A stretch of DNA of 64,000 nt from Azolla caroliniana (Eukaryota > Plantae > Polypodiophyta): positions 4,464,001-4,528,000 of the forward strand of contig JBHGNT010000013.1 of NCBI GenBank assembly GCA_043228905.1, written 5' to 3'. The notes below the pieces were generated by a model that did not search any database, was not told the origin of the DNA, and saw only the letters and a program-made list of their open reading frames with translations. The position numbers and the translations under genes are program-made. The number at the start of each line of letters is the position of its first letter. Within the stretch, counting starts at the first letter, position 1. Shown piece after piece: positions 57,958 to 64,000 of this stretch.

Positions 57958-60900
57958 GTCCAGCCAAAATAGGAGCCGTTTGGTTGGACAGCCCTAGATC
58001 TGTGCAACCCATTAGTGGTTCCATTCCCTCTAAGCAAGTTAGTGATATGTTCGTAGCCCAAGTAATAGTTAGTACTAAAAGTACCCCTCCAGTACATGTC
58101 CTAGCACTCCTAGATTCTGGAGCTAACTCTTGCTTTATGGATAAGAAATTTGCTCAAGCTCATAAGATATCCCTAAGAAAACTCCAGTGTCCAGCCTCTG
58201 TAGTAGTCATTGATAGACGTCCCATTGCTTCCGGAAATATCATAGAAGAGTCTGAGCCCATTAATATTGTCCTAGATAACTTAGCATGTGTAGTATCATT
58301 TAATATTATTAGTATCCCAGAACATCCCATAGTTTTAGGATTACCATGGTTCGAGTTACATAACCCAGACATAGATTGGAGAACAAGAGAAATCCGGTGT
58401 CGACAAACCCAAGGGTCAACTCAGAAGATGGCAACCATTTCGCTACGTTAGTTGCGTAAAGAAGGGCACAAGGAGGAAATGTTCCTCTTTGCAATATCAG
58501 TAAACCCCTCCAGCACCACTAAAGAAGGATCCACCGTTCAACTTCTCGAGAAGTATCGTCATTACGCCGATGTCTTCGATAAAGTACAAGCCAACACACT
58601 TCCTCATCATCGACCGTACGATTGCCCCATCGATTTACAACCGGGAAAAGAGCCGCCATGGGGACCGATCTACAATTTGTCACCAACCGAGCTGGAAGTC
58701 CTTCGGGCCTATATAGAGGAGAATTTGGAAAATGGTTTCATCTGGCATTCGAAATCTCTAGCCGGCGCGCCCATTTTCTTCGTCAAGAAAAAGGATGGAT
58801 CGCTTCGTCTTGTTGTAGATTACCGTGGCCTAAATAAGGTTACAATTAGGAATAGGTATGCTCTTCCCCTTATCTCAAGTCTTTTAGAACGGATCAATGG
58901 TGCCAGGTTCTTCACGAAGATCGACTTACGGGGAGCATATAACCTCGTACGGATCCGACCAGGAGACGAATGGAAGACCGCGTTTCGCACCAGATATGGG
59001 CACTTCGAGTATACGGTCATGCAGTTCGGCCTCACTAATGCACCAACAGTCTTCCAGCACATGGCTAATGATATATTCCGAGATCTATTGGATGATTGTT
59101 TGATCATCTATTTGGATGATCTACTAGTTTATTCAAAGACCCAAGAAGAACATGATTCTCATGTACTATTAGTACTAAAACGACTTCGAGAACATGGTCT
59201 GTATGCAAAGCTGGAAAAATGTAGTTTCGGGTGCAACCAAGTGGAATTTCTCGGCTACATCATTTCGTCAGAAGGCATCTCCATGGACCCAGCTAAGGTC
59301 AAAACGGTGGTAGAATGGCAGACTCCACGTTCGGTGCGGGATGTGCAATGCTTCCTAGGCTTTGTTAATTTTTACCGGAAGTTCATACAAGATTACTCAA
59401 AGATCGTTCTACCTCTCACACAACTTACCAGGAAGGGACAACCGTTCATTTGGTCTGAAGAAACGGACGTGTCTTTCAAGAGTCTTAAAAAGGCATTTAC
59501 ATCGGCTCCAATTCTAGCTCATGTCGATCCGGAAAAACCATTTATTATCGAAGCTGACGCATCGAATTTTGCATTGGGGAGCATTCTTTCACAACAAGGG
59601 AATGATGAGAAGCTACATCCTGTGGCTTTTCACTCACGCAAGTTTGATGCCGCCGAAATCAACTGCAAAATTCATGATAAGGAGCTATTGGCAATAGTGG
59701 ATTCTTTTATGCAATGGAGGCATTTTCTGGAGGGATCCTCTCATCCGGTCACCGTATTTAGTGACCACAAGAACCTTGCCTACTTTCAGGATGCTCGTGT
59801 GTTGAATCAACGTCAAGCTCGGTGGGCCCACTTCCTCACGCGTTTCGACTTCAAAATTACATATCGTCCGGGGAAGCACCAAGGGAAGGCAGATGCATTA
59901 TCACGGCGTTCGTATCTAGCACCCCGTCCCGGCGAGCCAGCTTTCAATAACCAAAAACAAGTCATCTTGGGACCGGCACGACTACAAGCAACAAAGATCT
60001 TTGACATGCCCATGGATTCCCGCGTTATCGATACCATACGCGAAGATTTGAAGGCAGATGCGTTCGCCCAAGTTATACTAGCACAAATTGATCCCTCTCG
60101 AGCGTCGTGTTCACAGTCGCAACCACCAAGTACGGACTATCGGCAATTCAAATACCATGATGGATTACTCTTCTTTAAAGAACTTTGTATGTTCCTAATG
60201 GTTCTTGCCACCTTCAAGTAGTACAAAACTGTCATGACACATATACAACTGGGCATTTTGGTAGTACTAAAACACTACATTTAGTACAACGATCATTCTG
60301 GTGGCCCTGTATGCGACAATTTGTCGAGGATTTTGTTCGGACTTGTGATACATGCTGCAGAGCGAAAATGCCAAGGCATCATCCATATGGTTTATTAGAA
60401 CCATTACCAATTCCAAGCAAGCCGTGGCAATCCATTGCTCTAGACTTCATCACAGATCTTCCAGTCTCTAAGGGGTTCAATGCGATTCTAACGGTGGTCG
60501 ATCGATATACGAAGATGGCTCATTTCTTGCCATGTACTAAGGAGATCTCTAGTGAAGACACTGCCGAAATTGTCATGCGTGAAGTATGTCGGCATCATGG
60601 ACTTCCCGATAGTATCATCAGCGACTGTGGACCCCAGTTCGTGTGAAAATTCTGGAAGCACCTTTTTAACATGCTCAAGGTCACTTGTAACCTCTCCTCC
60701 GGCTACCACCCACAAACCGACGGCCAAGCCAAACGAACCAATCAAACGCTGGAGCAGTATCTGCGGTGCTTTCTCAGCTATCATCAGGATGACTGGGCAG
60801 ATATTCTCCACTTCGCCGAATTTGCCTATAACAACTCTATCCATGCATCCACGAAAGTTACGCCATTTTATGCTTATACGGGATGTCACCCCCGGTGGTG

Positions 60901-61540
60901 TGTACTTGAAACCCCAGAGGTGTCCACAAATCCTTGCGCAGAGGATCGTTTGGAGAGGTTACGCAAGATACAAGCGGATTTATCTACTCATCTCCAACAA
61001 GCTCAACAAACACACAAGATTTATGCGGATCGTCATCGACTCCCATCTAGTTTTAACATTGGAGATCGGGTATAGCTACTCCGACGACACATCAAGACTA
61101 CTCGCCCATGCGAGAAGTTGGATTATCGGCGATTAGGTCCTTTCCGTATTATCGGAAAGATTAATGATGTCGCTTTTCGTCTTGATCTACCTCCACAACT
61201 TCAGATACATTTGGTGTTTCATAGTTCTCTCCTCGAACCCTATCAAGAAAGCACCATCCCAGGACGTATTACACAGCCTCCACCCCCGATCGAGGTTGAA
61301 GATGGACCTGAGTACGAGGTTGCCGCCATCCTTGATTCCAAGCTTGTTCGCAACAAGCTCTACTATCTAGTCGACTGGCTAGGATATAGTCCCAACGAGC
61401 GTACTTGGGAACCGATAGAGAATGTCACCAATGCTCGTGCTCTTCTTGAAGACTTCCATCGTCAATATCTAGACAAACCGGGTCCTCAATCCAAAACGAC
61501 TCGTTACACTCGTGATTTTAAAAGGGGGATAGTGTCATGA
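57945..61540 (+). pseudogene. Gypsy D Pol in the -1 frame: protease, RT, RNase H, integrase, chromodomain (3 stops, 1 frameshift)
   Basis: LLDSGA, IIYLDDLL, EADAS, HHCC, IALDFI, GPF, EYEVAAILDSK..YYLVDWLGY..TWEP. Stops end at 58451, 60646, 61075; frameshift ~60183. Confidence 0.93.
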
Positions 61541-61824
61541 TATAGCAAGACTTGAACCCATGACCTTATACTACATGGGTCGAGCTCTTGACCATTAGAC
61601 TATACATTGTAATACATAGATATTATTTTCATTTACGTTTTATTATAGAAAATTGATGTATATTCCAGATTTCTCTGGAACATTCTAGAAACTTCAGGAG
61701 TATTCCTTAGAACACTATAAAAGGAGGCATAAGGCATTATTTCGAACCAAATCGGTTCAACGCCAGTCTTAAGCCTCCTAGCTACTGTACATTTTCTTCA
61801 CATAATATATATCTTTTCTTATCA

Positions 61825-61862
<38 letters not shown>

Positions 61863-61973
61863 CCTCCCTCCCTCCCACTCACTCTTTCCTCCTCTCGAGA
61901 GTTCTTGACCTCTCTTAGTACTAATACTTCTTTTAGTGCTAATTCCTTCTCTGTCTTAGTATTGTTCCTGACA
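61533..61973 (+). repeat. 3' LTR of Gypsy D
   Basis: Direct repeat of the 5' LTR, preceded by PPT AAAAGGGGGATAG. Confidence 0.96.
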
Positions 61974-63914
61974 ATCGCTTAGCAACACGTGCTTTGCATT
62001 TGGAAATCTCTAAGGGGCTCTTCTCTCTTTGAGAGGATATCTCCGTCCTCCATTTGTTCGTCATCCGAATCCAATTCGGGATCTTGTCCAGTTTCGGTGT
62101 CTTCTTCTTCTTCTTCGGCCAATTCGGTTTCTTGTCCGTATCCGGCTGGTTCGTCTAGTGTCATCCGGTTACCGGCTAACATCCGGTTTTTAATCGGGTA
62201 TATCCTTGTGTCCTCAAGCCGGTTTTCATTGGATGATCCAGAGTTCATCAACTTCTTCTCCGACTCCCAATCGGCAATGGTCCTCTCTTCCATGAAGCCT
62301 ATGTCCCGACTCCGGAACACGTTCTTGTCGACCAGATCCCACACCCGGTAACCGAACTCATCATTGCCCTATCCAAGGAATATGCATGGCCCAGACTTCG
62401 GATCCAACTTTGCTCTCTTATCCTTTGCAACATGCACATATGCGAGACACCCGGTCACCTTCAGATGTCAGTAAGACACGTCCTTACCTGTCCATATTCT
62501 TTGCGGTGTGTCTCCGTCCAAGGGTACTGAGGGTGATCTGTTTATCACATAGGTTTCCGTCGTCAACGCCTTATCCCAAAACGTATTGGGTAACTTTGCA
62601 TGTGCTAGCATGCTCTAGACTCTCTCCATTATGGTCCACTTCATCCTTTCGGCCAGCCCATTCAATTCCATTATGGTCCAGATTTCCTTCAATCGGTAGT
62701 ACTCCTCGAACTGCCCCCGGTATTCTCCTCCGTTGTCCGCTCGAACCGCCTTCAGTTTCCGGCCACTTTCTCTTTCCACACTTGCGTGGAGCTCCTTGAA
62801 GACGGATAACACTTGATCCTTCGTCTTCAGTGGTGAGACCAACAACTTCCGGCTGTGGTCATCTATGAACGTCACAAAGTACTGCAATCTGGCATGTGAC
62901 TTCGTGTCCACTTGACACACACCGGTATGCGCCAGCTCTAGTGGTGCCTTCCATCTCATCGATGGTCTTGACCGGAAGGAGGTCCATTTTTCTTGCCAGC
63001 CAAGCAATCAGTGCACTTCTCAAGTTGCACGTCCTTCACTGGAATGAGATTGTCTTCGACAAGTCTCTTCATCCCCTTCTGGCTCATATGACACAATCTC
63101 TTGTGCCACAACTCACCGGTAGTGTCAGATGCTACGTTCACTTCCTCCCGGCATATCCGAGCATTCATCAAGTACACTGTGTTGACCTTCCAGGCTCGAG
63201 CCACTATTAGGCTCCCTTTGCTGAACTTCATAACTCCGTTCCGGATGCTACCCGTGTAGCCTTCATCATCTAGCCAACCGACTTATATCAGGTTCAGTCG
63301 AACCTCCGGAACGTGTCAGACATCCTTCACCAACAACTTGTATCCGGTTGATGTTTTCAACAACACATATCCTATGTTGACAATTCGGCAGGTCCCTTCA
63401 TTCCCCATTCAGACACAACCATGATCTTCGGTTGTGTAGGATGAGAAGCATCTCCAGTCCGGTGGTAGGTGGAATGACGCTCCGGAATCAACAACCCACG
63501 TTGTCTCGTCGTCGACAAGGTTTAACTCATTCTCCTTGGTAATGAGCATTGGTTCTTCTTCACTTGTCGCGATTGCCGAAGTTCCTTTCCGATCCGGGCC
63601 TCTCCGGTCTGAACTCTTCTTCGAATCGATAGTGCCGGTTTCTTTCTCTTTGCAGAAATGCCGACAGTTCTTCTGGAAGTGCCCCGGCTTCCCACAGTAG
63701 AAGCAAGTAGGCCTCCCCCTTGACTTCGACCTCGTTCCCGATTTGTCCCGGTTTTGAGGACTCCGATACTAGCCTCTTCCTCGGTTGTGGTCATCTTCGG
63801 TAACTAAGGCCTTCGGATCGGTTCCAGACTCCCACTCCTTCCAGTGAGCTTCTTCATCTAGCAAGCTTGATTTTACCGTTGCTAGGGACAATTGTTCTCC
63901 TTCTAGCCCGGTGT

Positions 63915-64000
63915 ATTATACAAATGAGGTATAGTACGAACTATACAAATGATGAGGTATTATACGTATCTAAACGTTAAATACGGCTATGTAAACAACC
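63915..64000 (+). mobile_element. Right-end fragment of the same hAT-type family
   Basis: Matches ~53978-54054 (..TTAAATACGGCTATGTAAACAACC); directly abuts truncated Copia E gag. Confidence 0.8.

Larger units (their letters stand above)
56287..61973 (+). mobile_element. Gypsy D: full-length chromovirus (Tcn1/Tf1-sushi-like Ty3/gypsy)
   Basis: LTRs 56287-56732 and 61533-61973; TSD ATCGC (56282-56286 / 61974-61978); PPT 61520-61532; gag, protease, RT, RNase H, integrase, chromodomain. Confidence 0.97.
53087..63914 (-). mobile_element. Copia E: degenerate Ty1/copia related to Copia C, interrupted by a hAT MITE and a chromovirus
   Basis: 3' LTR 53087-54474, PPT ~54475-54490, RT/RNase H 54500-56281, integrase-protease-gag 61979-63914, collinear with Copia C. 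Confidence 0.92.

Overview
This is plant nuclear DNA. A non-seed land plant is my inference, from a Tcn1-type chromovirus and tRNA-Trp-primed Gypsy elements. About 85% of the window is a deeply nested pile of mostly degenerate LTR retrotransposons: five Ty1/copia elements plus LTR remnants, four Ty3/gypsy elements, three solo LTRs, and three copies of a small non-autonomous hAT-type DNA transposon. The only host genes sit in a ~10.5 kb island (39.9-50.4 kb): two tandem 8-exon purple acid phosphatase paralogs on the minus strand. One is intact (460 aa) and the other carries a single TGG>TGA nonsense codon; both apparently use a GC-AG first intron. The most notable object is the chromodomain Gypsy element at 56287-61973. 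It has no tRNA PBS but a 13-nt self-priming site complementary to its predicted transcript 5' end, an antisense tRNA-like (Pol III A/B box) module at the start of each LTR, a long in-phase heat-shock element next to the TATA box, and a -1 frameshift signal between gag and pol. All coordinates and alignments were made by eye; no searches were run.
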